Source of the DNA: a virus
Taxonomy: Duplodnaviria; Caudoviricetes
DNA length: 64,000 nucleotides
IMG/VR virus record: IMGVR_UViG_3300006641_000031
Coordinates: 817-64,816 of that record
Reading direction: 5' to 3' (one strand)
This document shows, piece by piece, positions 1 through 9,181 of this stretch (positions are counted from its first letter, which is position 1; each line of letters begins with the position of its first letter). A model generated the notes under the pieces. That model was given only the letters and a program-made list of their open reading frames with translations, ran no database searches and had not been told where the DNA came from. The position numbers were made by a program, and so were the translations under genes.

Positions 1-1182
1 AATGCTACGGGTGGTTACTCCATCACATGGCCGACCATTACGTGGGTTGGGAGTGGTGCTCCTTCTCCACCCACAACGCCAGGAACCAAGATCATTTTGA
101 CGGTCTTGTACGATGGTGGGGTTTATTTGGCGTCCGTGGCGGTTGCCAATACTTCTCCTCACGCTGTAGTGCGGGACGGCACAAATAACTACGTAAAACC
201 CTACACCAATGGATGGGGGTTGCGTCTTTACGGTGGTACAAGTGGGTACGCGGAGTTTACTCCTTCGACGACGGGCAGCCGGGTTGATTTAGTTACGAAT
301 CAATTAACGGTACAAGGTGCGGGAGACACCACAAATGGACTGCTTACCATTGTGGAGACAACGTCTCCAGGGGCTTCGTTGGGGTTCAAGTCTAATACGG
401 GATCTGGCTACAACCTCAGAGCCACAATTCGCGGGGAAGAGGGCATTTCTGCCGCAAATCAGGCGGGCAATCTAGTCTTGAGTTATCGCAAGTCCACGGC
501 TGCCGGAGGAGGTATGGTCCGGGGTCTTCTTATGGACTATATGGGTAGGGTTGGAATTGGAGATACGGCAGAAGGAGCAATGGCCTCTCTTCTCACCCTA
601 TACCAAAACAATACGGCACTTTGTCCTCTTACAATTCGGGTTCCCGTTTCCCATGCGGCGAATTATTTAGAAGTGGATTACAATGGAGCCGTTTGGAAAA
701 TTGACTCCAACAAACAAATCGTATCTGGTGCGGATTCTAATTACTTTTTACGACATGGGCGGGCTTTTTCTTGGACGGAGACTGGGAGTTATAACGGAAA
801 CCTCACGTTTTCTGGGAATTACTACACAAGCACCCTTACGTTTACTGCCACGGGAGGTACGGCTTTTACGTATGGTAATGTGATGGTGACCTCTGGGTCC
901 AATAACCTTGGACTTGGAGTGGATTCCTTTGCTGCCAGTTCTCAAAATACCCTGGCTCTCGCTGGGGGCACGGCTCCAGCCGCAGGAAATCCTGGAGGTG
1001 TGGGTGGTTTTCAAATGTGGGGCCAGCAAGTGGGCTCCAACGACTGGTGTCCCCATTTCCGTTGTGGTGATGGGGTGATTATCAAATTAAAACAACAACT
1101 CAAGGCCAGCTACAACAATTGGGCTGCCTTATCGGATGTTGTAAATGCTCTCGTGGCGACTGGTTTGTTTGATCAAGCTTAA
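1..1182 (+). CDS. Tail fibre/virion structural protein, 5'-truncated by the window edge
   Basis: Frame 1 is open from base 1 (NATGGYSITWPTITWVGSGAPSPPTTPGTK...), so the gene starts upstream of the 97 call. G/T/S/N-rich beta-type composition with a GRVGIG motif typical of fibre proteins. Confidence 0.6.
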   Translation, partial: NATGGYSITWPTITWVGSGAPSPPTTPGTKIILTVLYDGGVYLASVAVANTSPHAVVRDGTNNYVKPYTNGWGLRLYGGTSGYAEFTPSTTGSRVDLVTNQLTVQGAGDTTNGLLTIVETTSPGASLGFKSNTGSGYNLRATIRGEEGISAANQAGNLVLSYRKSTAAGGGMVRGLLMDYMGRVGIGDTAEGAMASLLTLYQNNTALCPLTIRVPVSHAANYLEVDYNGAVWKIDSNKQIVSGADSNYFLRHGRAFSWTETGSYNGNLTFSGNYYTSTLTFTATGGTAFTYGNVMVTSGSNNLGLGVDSFAASSQNTLALAGGTAPAAGNPGGVGGFQMWGQQVGSNDWCPHFRCGDGVIIKLKQQLKASYNNWAALSDVVNALVATGLFDQA

Positions 1183-1198
1183 GAAAGGAACTTAAGAA

Positions 1199-2479
1199 AT
1201 GACCTCTCCAACAAATCGTGTTTACGGTGATGTGTTTGATCCCCATGATTTTGGAGCCAAGGGGGACGCTCAGTTTGTTTTTGGAGTGAACTTGACGGCA
1301 TTTTCCGATGTGGTTGTGGCTTCGTCCCCTGTTTTTCGTCCCTCTGATGTGGGCAAATCGTGTTGGTCCACTCGTCGGGGGCTTGGGGAGGCTTTGCCGA
1401 TTCCACTTTGTGAGATTGTGGAGTTTATTTCTCCCACCCAAGTGCGAGTGAGTTCTGTTAGTTCCGTTTCCACTACCAATGCGGAGTTCCATTGGGGAAC
1501 AGATGATACAGAGGCGTTAATTCGCTGTTTCCAGGCATGTCGGGATTGTCTGCCGGTTACCCCTACTTCGGATGTCGAAATTGCGGGTCGGGCAGCCACC
1601 ATGCAAGTTCGGGCGGGAGTGTACCATTTCCGTAAGGTGGTGCTGGATAATTTTTATAACTCCCCGCGATTGGCTGTGGAGTTGTTTGGGGCTGGAGCCG
1701 GCCGAACGGTTTTTGTGCCAAGACCCGATTTTGACTTCAGCACAACTACAGTAAATCAGGGAATGTTTTCGCGGTCTCAAAATGCCTACGAGGGGAGTGC
1801 TGGTGGGTTCTCCCTCTATGGGTACTGTTTTGATTGGATTGCTCCCAACGGGGTCTATGCTGCGACGCTGGGAGGTCCAGCGGGGAGACGCCAGCCCCAT
1901 TACTTTGACATCTCCTTTACTCATTTTAAGGCTTTGATTGGAAGTGTTAATTTCGTCGGCCTCGGGGGTGGAACCATTGAGAGGCTGGTTGTCTACAATG
2001 GTGGTTACTTGGGGTGCGTGTTGGTGGGATGTTGCGTGACCTTGCGAGATAGTTTGTTCTCCAACGGGGTTCACGGGCTTTCCATCTTGGACACCAACGG
2101 CAACACCAACCACGGCATCCGAACAGTGGTTTCCGGCTGTGTTTTTGATGAGTGTGCGGTTGCTGGGGCATTGGTTCAAAATTCTACGGATGTCTCTTTC
2201 CACAGTTCCCGGTTTATGGCGACTGGAAATGCGAGTGGCCTCCATCTTCGGGGTGGTTCGGTAAAAGCAAATCAGTGCGAGTTCTTTGCGTTCAATAATC
2301 ACCCCAACGGCATTCCCATCCACGTGGAAGCCAATCCCCAAGGTTCTGTTTTGCGTCTTGGTGGTTGCCGTGTTTCTGGTACAGTAAACAATTACGGGGA
2401 GATTTACGATGGTGGGGGAAATGAACTCCAAATTAGCACGTTGCTCGGGACCCCACTTGTTCATGAGTTTTCTCCCTAA
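1199..2479 (+). CDS. Pectate-lyase-like beta-helix tailspike/depolymerase
   Basis: N-terminal FDPHDFGAKGD...GTDDTEAL motif followed by LFGAGAGRT and parallel beta-helix-like repeats. Confidence 0.7.
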   Translation: MTSPTNRVYGDVFDPHDFGAKGDAQFVFGVNLTAFSDVVVASSPVFRPSDVGKSCWSTRRGLGEALPIPLCEIVEFISPTQVRVSSVSSVSTTNAEFHWGTDDTEALIRCFQACRDCLPVTPTSDVEIAGRAATMQVRAGVYHFRKVVLDNFYNSPRLAVELFGAGAGRTVFVPRPDFDFSTTTVNQGMFSRSQNAYEGSAGGFSLYGYCFDWIAPNGVYAATLGGPAGRRQPHYFDISFTHFKALIGSVNFVGLGGGTIERLVVYNGGYLGCVLVGCCVTLRDSLFSNGVHGLSILDTNGNTNHGIRTVVSGCVFDECAVAGALVQNSTDVSFHSSRFMATGNASGLHLRGGSVKANQCEFFAFNNHPNGIPIHVEANPQGSVLRLGGCRVSGTVNNYGEIYDGGGNELQISTLLGTPLVHEFSP

Positions 2480-2500
2480 TTGCAAAGAGGTGGGTGTGTT

Positions 2501-2734
2501 ATGGGAAAGAAAACAAAAACTGATTCTGATTCTCATCCTGTTGGCCAAAACATGGTTGTGAGCACAGAAGAGCAGAAACAGTACCTGAACGAAATCCGCC
2601 AAGTGCTACGGCAGCAACAGGCTCCAGCGGAATGGCACGAGTTGACTGAGATCCGTTACCAAAGCCTGATGGCATGTCTAAATGAGCTAGAGGTCTTGAG
2701 GGTACGCCAAACCTTGCAGAAGCAGAAGGAGTAG
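2501..2734 (+). CDS. Hypothetical protein
   Basis: ATG at 2501 after GAGG; fills the gap in the + strand gene run. Confidence 0.55.
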   Translation: MGKKTKTDSDSHPVGQNMVVSTEEQKQYLNEIRQVLRQQQAPAEWHELTEIRYQSLMACLNELEVLRVRQTLQKQKE

Positions 2735-2737
2735 ACC

Positions 2738-3313
2738 GTGGCGATTGCGAAAGTAATGGTTCCTCTGCCCGGAGTGACTTCTCACTCCGGGCTTTCGTTG
2801 GAGGCTTGGAGTTTCCCTGGGACGCAAAACAATGCCTCCACGTTTTCTATTGACCCTCTTACGGTAGACTCGGAAAACCCTGATGAATATTGGGGAACCG
2901 TGAATATGGCGTCTGTAGCAGAGGGACGTTACAAAGCTCGCATTGTAAACACGGACGGGGTGACAATGGGCTACGGTTACCTCTACATGACGAATACGAC
3001 CAATGTGCATCCCTTAGTGGACGATCCCTCTCTGGCAAATGCTTCCGCTACCATTGTGGGAACTGCTCTGCAAGGAACTGGGGCAGATCAAGTTACTGTT
3101 TCCATTACCGTGGGTGGAAACCCTTTGACGGATGCAGACGTTTGGATTACGAGCGATGCCGCAGGAACTACGGTGGTGGCTGGTACCCTTCAAACGGACA
3201 GTGATGGGGAGTGCTTGTTCCTGTTGGATGCTGGGACAACCTATTATTTGTGGGCACAGAAGGATGGAGTAAATTCTATTCAGGGTCAAGCGTTTGTAGC
3301 TGTTGCTGACTAG
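2738..3313 (+). CDS. Putative virion protein with Ig/carboxypeptidase-regulatory-like beta domain
   Basis: GGAG RBS. C-terminal GNPLTDADVWI...TDSDG..LFLLDAGTTYYLWAQKDG pattern. Confidence 0.5.
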   Translation: MAIAKVMVPLPGVTSHSGLSLEAWSFPGTQNNASTFSIDPLTVDSENPDEYWGTVNMASVAEGRYKARIVNTDGVTMGYGYLYMTNTTNVHPLVDDPSLANASATIVGTALQGTGADQVTVSITVGGNPLTDADVWITSDAAGTTVVAGTLQTDSDGECLFLLDAGTTYYLWAQKDGVNSIQGQAFVAVAD

Positions 3314-3322
3314 GAGATTTCG

Positions 3323-4171
3323 ATGACGAATGCGTTCACGACCACTACGGCCTCCGGAGCAGCCTCTGGAGGTACTATTGTGAGCCGGGCCAGTGTTCTT
3401 TTGGAGCTTGGTCTTGCGGCAGCAGATGCTACGGATTCGCAACTCAGCATTATTGATGAGGCGATTAAACGGGCAGAGGGGGCCGTTATTCGCCATTTGC
3501 GATATGACCCAGTGCAACGAACCAGAACAGAGTATTACCCCCAGTTGGATTACGCTGCCATCAATCGTCAAGTGGTTTGGGAAGCGAACGATGTGGTGGC
3601 TTACGCTCGGGACATTTCCGCTGCTTCTGGATCTGAGCTGTTTCTTAAGCACATCCCCATTCGTTCCATTACTTCCCTTAAGATTGATTATGGGGCGAGG
3701 TCTGGCACTCGGTCGGGTTCTTTTGGGTCTGGTACGGCCAAGACGGAAGGAACCGATTTTTGGCCGAACTATGACTTCTTAGACAGCGATGGGAATCGCG
3801 TTTGTTCCGATGGGATTTTGCGTTCGGTGGGGTTGTGGCCCCAAGAACCCGGCTCTGTCCAAGTGGTTTATGTTGCCGGCTACTCTGCGGATGAACTGTC
3901 CGGCGACGATACGGTGATCAATGCGGCTCAAATCTACCAAGCCTGTCTGGATGAGGCTTGTCGCAGGGCTCGCCGGGCTTTTGTAATGGCGAAGAAGAAT
4001 GGAATCGGTTTCGTCCCAGGTATTATTACGAACGAAAACTTGGGGGACTACTCCTACTCCATTGACGCCTCTATTGCGAAGTCTTTGTTCGGGTATGCAA
4101 ACGAAGTTACTCAAGAAACCGTGTCTCTATTATCTTCGTTTGTGAACTGGGGTTACGAACTGGCCCCTTAA
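3323..4171 (+). CDS. Head-tail connector/adaptor (gp6/gp15-like)
   Basis: Pattern LFL..IPI.SITSL...V.V.Y.AGY...ENLGDYSYS is characteristic of adaptors; strong AGGAG RBS. Confidence 0.75.
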   Translation: MTNAFTTTTASGAASGGTIVSRASVLLELGLAAADATDSQLSIIDEAIKRAEGAVIRHLRYDPVQRTRTEYYPQLDYAAINRQVVWEANDVVAYARDISAASGSELFLKHIPIRSITSLKIDYGARSGTRSGSFGSGTAKTEGTDFWPNYDFLDSDGNRVCSDGILRSVGLWPQEPGSVQVVYVAGYSADELSGDDTVINAAQIYQACLDEACRRARRAFVMAKKNGIGFVPGIITNENLGDYSYSIDASIAKSLFGYANEVTQETVSLLSSFVNWGYELAP

Positions 4172-4183
4172 CGGAACGGTTTT

Positions 4184-4540
4184 ATGAGTATTTTGGACAA
4201 TCTGCCCCATACGTGCTCTGCAAAGAAACGGGTTCGGGTGAAAGATACGCTGGGAGGCGTTTCTGATTCTTTTTCCACAGTTTTTTCTGGTCGGTCTTGT
4301 TGGCGACAACAGGCTGGCGATATGGAACAGCAGAAGTGGGAAAAGAGAGGCATGAGCGTCACGAACAAAGTTTTCTTTACTAGTGATCCCGAGCTAGAAG
4401 AACAATACGTGTTGGAGTTCACGGACGAACCCACTATCTTATACGAAGTGGTGAACCGCCCCATCCCAGATGCTTCTGCCGGCTTGGGTGTGGTGTGGCG
4501 GGTAATGGTAAGACGGCAGCCGGCTGGAGGTAGGACGTGA
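4184..4540 (+). CDS. Head closure/stopper protein (gp16-like)
   Basis: 118 aa beta-rich protein with D.LGG motif immediately after the adaptor. Confidence 0.6.
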   Translation: MSILDNLPHTCSAKKRVRVKDTLGGVSDSFSTVFSGRSCWRQQAGDMEQQKWEKRGMSVTNKVFFTSDPELEEQYVLEFTDEPTILYEVVNRPIPDASAGLGVVWRVMVRRQPAGGRT

Positions 4541-4878
4541 AAATACAGTGCGATTCCATTGCAGATTTTTTAATGAATTTGCAAGGGAGGGTTGTCTGGT
4601 CGGACACAATTTACGTGAACAAGATAAGACACCCTTTGAATGACAATAACCCAAGAAAAGCCTCGAGCTTTTCCATTTCCATTATGGTGACTACTATTTT
4701 GGATTTTGAGCCGGAGGGGCAAGCTATTCTGGCGGCTGAGGTAGAGTGTGGGGTGGATCGTATTTCCCATGATGCTACGGATGAGGGAACGAAACAATTT
4801 GAGCATTTGAGGGAGCGGGTTCAGTCTTACTGTTCCGCAAACAATCTTCGTTTGTTGCCGGGTGTTTTGGATCACTAG
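4537..4878 (+). CDS. Hypothetical protein
   Basis: GTGA start/stop overlap with the upstream gene. Confidence 0.55.
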   Translation: MKIQCDSIADFLMNLQGRVVWSDTIYVNKIRHPLNDNNPRKASSFSISIMVTTILDFEPEGQAILAAEVECGVDRISHDATDEGTKQFEHLRERVQSYCSANNLRLLPGVLDH

Positions 4879-4900
4879 TTTGAAAGGTAGGTGTGTTGTG

Positions 4901-5290
4901 ATGGAAGAACCATTGTCGTCGCCGCAATCGGGGGAAGCTGCTTTGGAGAATCAAGCATCTCCAAATATTGTGAAAGTGGCAACCGTGGGGGAGGTGTTGG
5001 ATAGCATTCAGGAAAAGTTGGAGAAGTTGAGGGAGTATGAAGTAGATCGTTTTATGGTGGCGGTCTGGGTAGAGGACAGTACCACTTTGGAATTGACCCG
5101 ATACAGTTGGCAATTTAACGTCACCAGCCATGAGTTGGCGATTCGCTTGCTCGCTAAAAATTTGGATGATTTGAAACGTGTTTTGGATGCAGAGCGAACC
5201 CGGGTCATTCCCCTCCGGCCCCGATTTTTGGAACAAGAAGAACCGGGTGGACAGGACAGCAACGAGGGGGCACGGGAGACCCCTCAATGA
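4901..5290 (+). CDS. Hypothetical protein
   Basis: ATG at 4901 after GAAAGG; ATGA overlap with the next gene. Confidence 0.55.
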   Translation: MEEPLSSPQSGEAALENQASPNIVKVATVGEVLDSIQEKLEKLREYEVDRFMVAVWVEDSTTLELTRYSWQFNVTSHELAIRLLAKNLDDLKRVLDAERTRVIPLRPRFLEQEEPGGQDSNEGARETPQ

Positions 5291-5655
5291 GTTTATTTTC
5301 TTGGCTTCGTTCGTGGTTTGTAGGGGCCAAGGTAGTTCGGGAAGTAAACTACCTCTTACAAAAAAGTGAAGAGGCTGTTGCAAAACGAGAAGCATTAAAT
5401 GCTACTCTTGCCAAGGACCTCCAAGAGTTTCGTAAACTTCGGGAGGCTGTAGAAAGAGATTTGGAAAAAGCAGAACAGTTAGCCGAATCTCACGGCAAGG
5501 CATTGGATGCGATGCGACATGAGCTCAAAATCGCAACGGATGTTACGATCCCAACCTTAGTCCAGGCTCACCGACTCGTTTTATCGCGTTATGATGCGGA
5601 GGTTGCCATTCAAGTTCACCGGCAATCCGCAGTTTCCTCATCTGGGGGTTCCTAA
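5287..5655 (+). CDS. Hypothetical coiled-coil protein
   Basis: Amphipathic N-terminus followed by heptad-like helix; coupled start. Confidence 0.55.
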   Translation: MSLFSWLRSWFVGAKVVREVNYLLQKSEEAVAKREALNATLAKDLQEFRKLREAVERDLEKAEQLAESHGKALDAMRHELKIATDVTIPTLVQAHRLVLSRYDAEVAIQVHRQSAVSSSGGS

Positions 5656-5657
5656 AC

Positions 5658-7406
5658 ATGGACCTGATCGGACCGGCTTTAGAGCGTAGTGCTGGGCTTG
5701 TTTCACTTGCGGCCTCCAGGGCTGAATCGCTCAAAGCAGCGGGGGTGCCGTTAATCGCCCCATCCAGTGCGTTGGGGCAGTTAGACCAGTTCCGCAATGA
5801 CACCGCACAACGGGAGCGGTATGGGCTGTTTCGCGGGTGGTTTTACTCGGCTGTCCACGCTATTGCATCCGAGGCTGCCGGTCAGGCCGTTCATGTTGGA
5901 AGAATGAAAGGTGGCGTTGGTAGTGGTTTCCAAAAATCCATCTACCAACGTCCAGATAATTGGAGGAAAGAAGCCTCCCAGCAGATGGAAATGTTGGTGG
6001 ATCACCCTTTGGTTGATTTTTTGGAACAACCGAATTCGGTTCAGGGCAGATGGCAATTCGTGTACTCCTTCGTTGCCAATCTGTGTCTTACGGGCTGGTC
6101 GTATATCGTGGGAGGGGTGTCCGAAGAAGGGACTGTAGAGCTTTACAGTCTCCCAACAACGTGGGTCCGGCCAGACCATACAGAGGGACCCTTTTCTAAG
6201 TTTCGAATAATCAACCCCAAAAATCCAACAGCGGAAGCCGATTCCAAGCCTTTGGATCGAAAGAATGTTGGATTCGCTTATCTTCCCAACCCGTCGGACC
6301 CCCTTTTGGCAATGGCTCCCTCTGCCAGCCAAATGACGGCAATTAAGATTGATGACAATATTCAAAATTGCCAAGGGGCTTTCTTCGAAAATGGGTTGTT
6401 TCCTTCTGTAATCGTTACCGTGGGAAAGGACCCCCATCCGGATGTTCCAGCCGGCATTCGTCCACGGCTCAATGCTTCCCAACGTCGGCAAGTAATGGGG
6501 GCCATTCGGAAGGTAATGGGAGGGGTCGCCAATTATGGAAACCCTGCCATTGTAGACGGCATGATCGAAAAAATCGAACGATTGTCCGCTACACAGAATG
6601 AGATTGGATGGGAGAAGAGCGAGGGAACGGTAAGAACCCGTATTCTCTCCTCGCTGGGGGTTCACCCTTATATTTTAGGGGAACCCGTGGGTGTGGGAGG
6701 TTATGCTCAGGTAGCCAATATTGAAAAGAGGTTCTATAAACGGGTAAACACCTATTTGGAAATGCTGACCTCTGTTGTAGGGGGCTTCGTGGCCAATGTT
6801 TTGGAGGATCAAGAATCCAAACAAACGGCTCGCCGGCTTTCCAAGCCGAACAGCAAGGTGGAACCCGTTCGAAAATCAAATCCCATCAAAGTTTGGTGGG
6901 AGCCTTGTGTGCCTCACGACCCATCTATGCATTGGAGCAACCTGAATGCAGCTCGCAGCCGAGGGGATGTTTCGCGTAATGAAATCCGTTTGGAGTTGGG
7001 GCTGCCCCCGGATGAGACTGGTGGGGACCAAACGAAAAACTTCACCTCTGGGGACATTACTGCTATCACCTCCCTCCAGAAAATGGTGGCAGATGGTTCT
7101 ATTGAGCCTAAACAAGCAGCTCTTGTCTATCAAATTGCTTACGACCTCTCTCCAGAAGATGCGAAACTGCTCGCCGGCAAGAAACCCGAGAAACCTGCGG
7201 AGCCCGCTATGGACCCCAATGCAGCCAATTCAATGGAACAGCCTGTCCCAGATGCCAATCCTCAGGCCAATGAACCACCAACTACAGAGGAAGAAGCGTT
7301 GGAAAAAGCAAAAGAAATTCTAAACAAAGTGACTGCTTACCTCAATACTCCTGTTTCCGAGCTGGTGGAACAGGAGTTGTCCCTGTTAGATTTAGACTGC
7401 GAATAA
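5658..7406 (+). CDS. Phage portal protein (HK97 family)
   Basis: YSAVHAIA..AA, HPLVDFLEQPN, L.LTG.SY, FFENG.FPS, ILSSLGVHP.ILG and NEIR.ELGLPP motifs. Confidence 0.9.
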   Translation: MDLIGPALERSAGLVSLAASRAESLKAAGVPLIAPSSALGQLDQFRNDTAQRERYGLFRGWFYSAVHAIASEAAGQAVHVGRMKGGVGSGFQKSIYQRPDNWRKEASQQMEMLVDHPLVDFLEQPNSVQGRWQFVYSFVANLCLTGWSYIVGGVSEEGTVELYSLPTTWVRPDHTEGPFSKFRIINPKNPTAEADSKPLDRKNVGFAYLPNPSDPLLAMAPSASQMTAIKIDDNIQNCQGAFFENGLFPSVIVTVGKDPHPDVPAGIRPRLNASQRRQVMGAIRKVMGGVANYGNPAIVDGMIEKIERLSATQNEIGWEKSEGTVRTRILSSLGVHPYILGEPVGVGGYAQVANIEKRFYKRVNTYLEMLTSVVGGFVANVLEDQESKQTARRLSKPNSKVEPVRKSNPIKVWWEPCVPHDPSMHWSNLNAARSRGDVSRNEIRLELGLPPDETGGDQTKNFTSGDITAITSLQKMVADGSIEPKQAALVYQIAYDLSPEDAKLLAGKKPEKPAEPAMDPNAANSMEQPVPDANPQANEPPTTEEEALEKAKEILNKVTAYLNTPVSELVEQELSLLDLDCE

Positions 7407-7427
7407 TTTCCAAGAGGGATTTTTATT

Positions 7428-9176
7428 ATGTCGTTCCATCTCCCAGTGTTGGTCGAATTGATCCGTGTCGCGAGAAAAGCGGTATGGACCAAAGACGCAT
7501 TGGTTAAAAAAGAAGTTTCTAGGCGAGTTCGAGCACAACGGGAGAAGAAGCAGTTTCTCAAGCTTTATCAGGCTACAGAAAATAAACTGGTTTCCAGCCT
7601 CCAGTCTTTCTTTCAAGAACAAGTACAGTCGGCAACAAAACAGATGGAACGGTTGGTTGGAGATGATTTGTCGGCAAAAGAAATTGCCTCCAAGATTTAC
7701 AAACCTACGGATTGGAATCTACCCCTCGCCAATGCCACGTTCCCTGTTTTGGTGAACGATATCTCGAAGGCAGCTCTGCTCCAGCTCTCTTCTATGGGGT
7801 ATGTTCTTCCTAGTCAACAGAAATCCACGGCCTCCGACTGGTTGGAGTCTCATGGGGTGCCCATTCCAGACTCCATTATCACGGACATGCCCGATTGGAT
7901 GGTGGAAAAAATTGAAGACTTGTGCGAGACTAGTTTCTCACAAGAGTTCTGGGATGATGTAAGTAAGACAACCTTGGATGACTTAGAACGGGTGGTTTCC
8001 AAGGGTCTTACGGAGGGCCTTTCCATTCCAAAGTTGGCGAAGCAAATCAAGAGCACACTCAACGATGAATACTATCACAATCGATCGGTCAACATTGCCA
8101 GAACAGAGGCCGGCTCTGCTCTCAATGGAGCACGGCGAGCCGCTATTGATGGGCTGATGGAGGAAATTGGCGACCAGTTACCCATGAAAGTGGTTTGGTT
8201 GTCTGTTCTTGGTACCACGACACGGGAAGAACATGCCCATCTGGATGGTGTGCCGGCCGATGAAAATGGACGCTGGGAGTTGGCGGGCAAATCAATTCCT
8301 TGGCCGGGCCATTGGAATCTGCCTCCAAGCCAACGATGTAATTGCCAATGTACGATTTTGGTAGAATATGGAATGGAGGAGGCCGAAGCGAAACAGCTGA
8401 TTGCCGATTACTCCATGAGGGTAGCCAAGAAACCCGGAGGTAAAACCCTGCGACAGTTGGTGGAGAAGTACCGTCCAGCTCAGCCCCGGGTTCCGGCTGA
8501 CTCTCCCCAAGGAGGTCAGTGGACAGACGGGGGTGGTGGGAGTGGTGGTGGGGATTTGGGAGACCTGCCAGACGATATTGGGGGCATTGACGACTTGCCG
8601 GATGACCTTGGTAGTGTGGAAGATTTGCCGGACGACCTTGGGGGTTCCAGTTCTTCTTCCTTTGTGGATTCCCTGTCCGAACAAGAAAAGAAAGCCATTA
8701 CCCAATACACGACGGGGGCTTATGCCCTCCTCAACGAACGGCTTCGGAAATGTCCGGACACACTTGGTTGCCTATCTGCTCCTCAAATGACTCTCCATAA
8801 ACGGTTGGAGTCTGCCCTGAAGAAACGGGAATCATACGACCCGCCCAAGAAGCTCTACCGTGGTATTTCCTTGTTCCCCCATGAGGCCGGGTTGTTGTTA
8901 GAACAGCTCAAAAAAAGTGTGGGGAAGAAGTTGTCTTTTCCGGGTGTTACTTCTTTTACAGAAGACGCTGAGGTTGCGACGGAGTTTGCTACGGGAGGGT
9001 CGCTCAAGAAACAGGGATTTATGTTTTCCGTGAAAGCGAAAACGGGAGCTTCCATTGAGGCGATGTCTAAATATCCCCACGAAAAAGAAGTGATTCACCC
9101 TCACAATACAAAATATAAAGTCGCGGGTGTCCGAAAAGAAAACGGTCGAACTATTGTTGATTTGGAAGAGGTTTAA
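7428..9176 (+). CDS. MuF/SPP1 gp7-like minor head protein fused to a C-terminal VIP2-type ADP-ribosyltransferase
   Basis: MuF motifs IARTE, TREEHAHLDG and CNCQC. ART motifs YT.G.Y..LN..LR, LYRG, TSFT and HEKEVI (R-S-ExE). Confidence 0.85.
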   Translation: MSFHLPVLVELIRVARKAVWTKDALVKKEVSRRVRAQREKKQFLKLYQATENKLVSSLQSFFQEQVQSATKQMERLVGDDLSAKEIASKIYKPTDWNLPLANATFPVLVNDISKAALLQLSSMGYVLPSQQKSTASDWLESHGVPIPDSIITDMPDWMVEKIEDLCETSFSQEFWDDVSKTTLDDLERVVSKGLTEGLSIPKLAKQIKSTLNDEYYHNRSVNIARTEAGSALNGARRAAIDGLMEEIGDQLPMKVVWLSVLGTTTREEHAHLDGVPADENGRWELAGKSIPWPGHWNLPPSQRCNCQCTILVEYGMEEAEAKQLIADYSMRVAKKPGGKTLRQLVEKYRPAQPRVPADSPQGGQWTDGGGGSGGGDLGDLPDDIGGIDDLPDDLGSVEDLPDDLGGSSSSSFVDSLSEQEKKAITQYTTGAYALLNERLRKCPDTLGCLSAPQMTLHKRLESALKKRESYDPPKKLYRGISLFPHEAGLLLEQLKKSVGKKLSFPGVTSFTEDAEVATEFATGGSLKKQGFMFSVKAKTGASIEAMSKYPHEKEVIHPHNTKYKVAGVRKENGRTIVDLEEV

Positions 9177-9181
9177 TTCAT

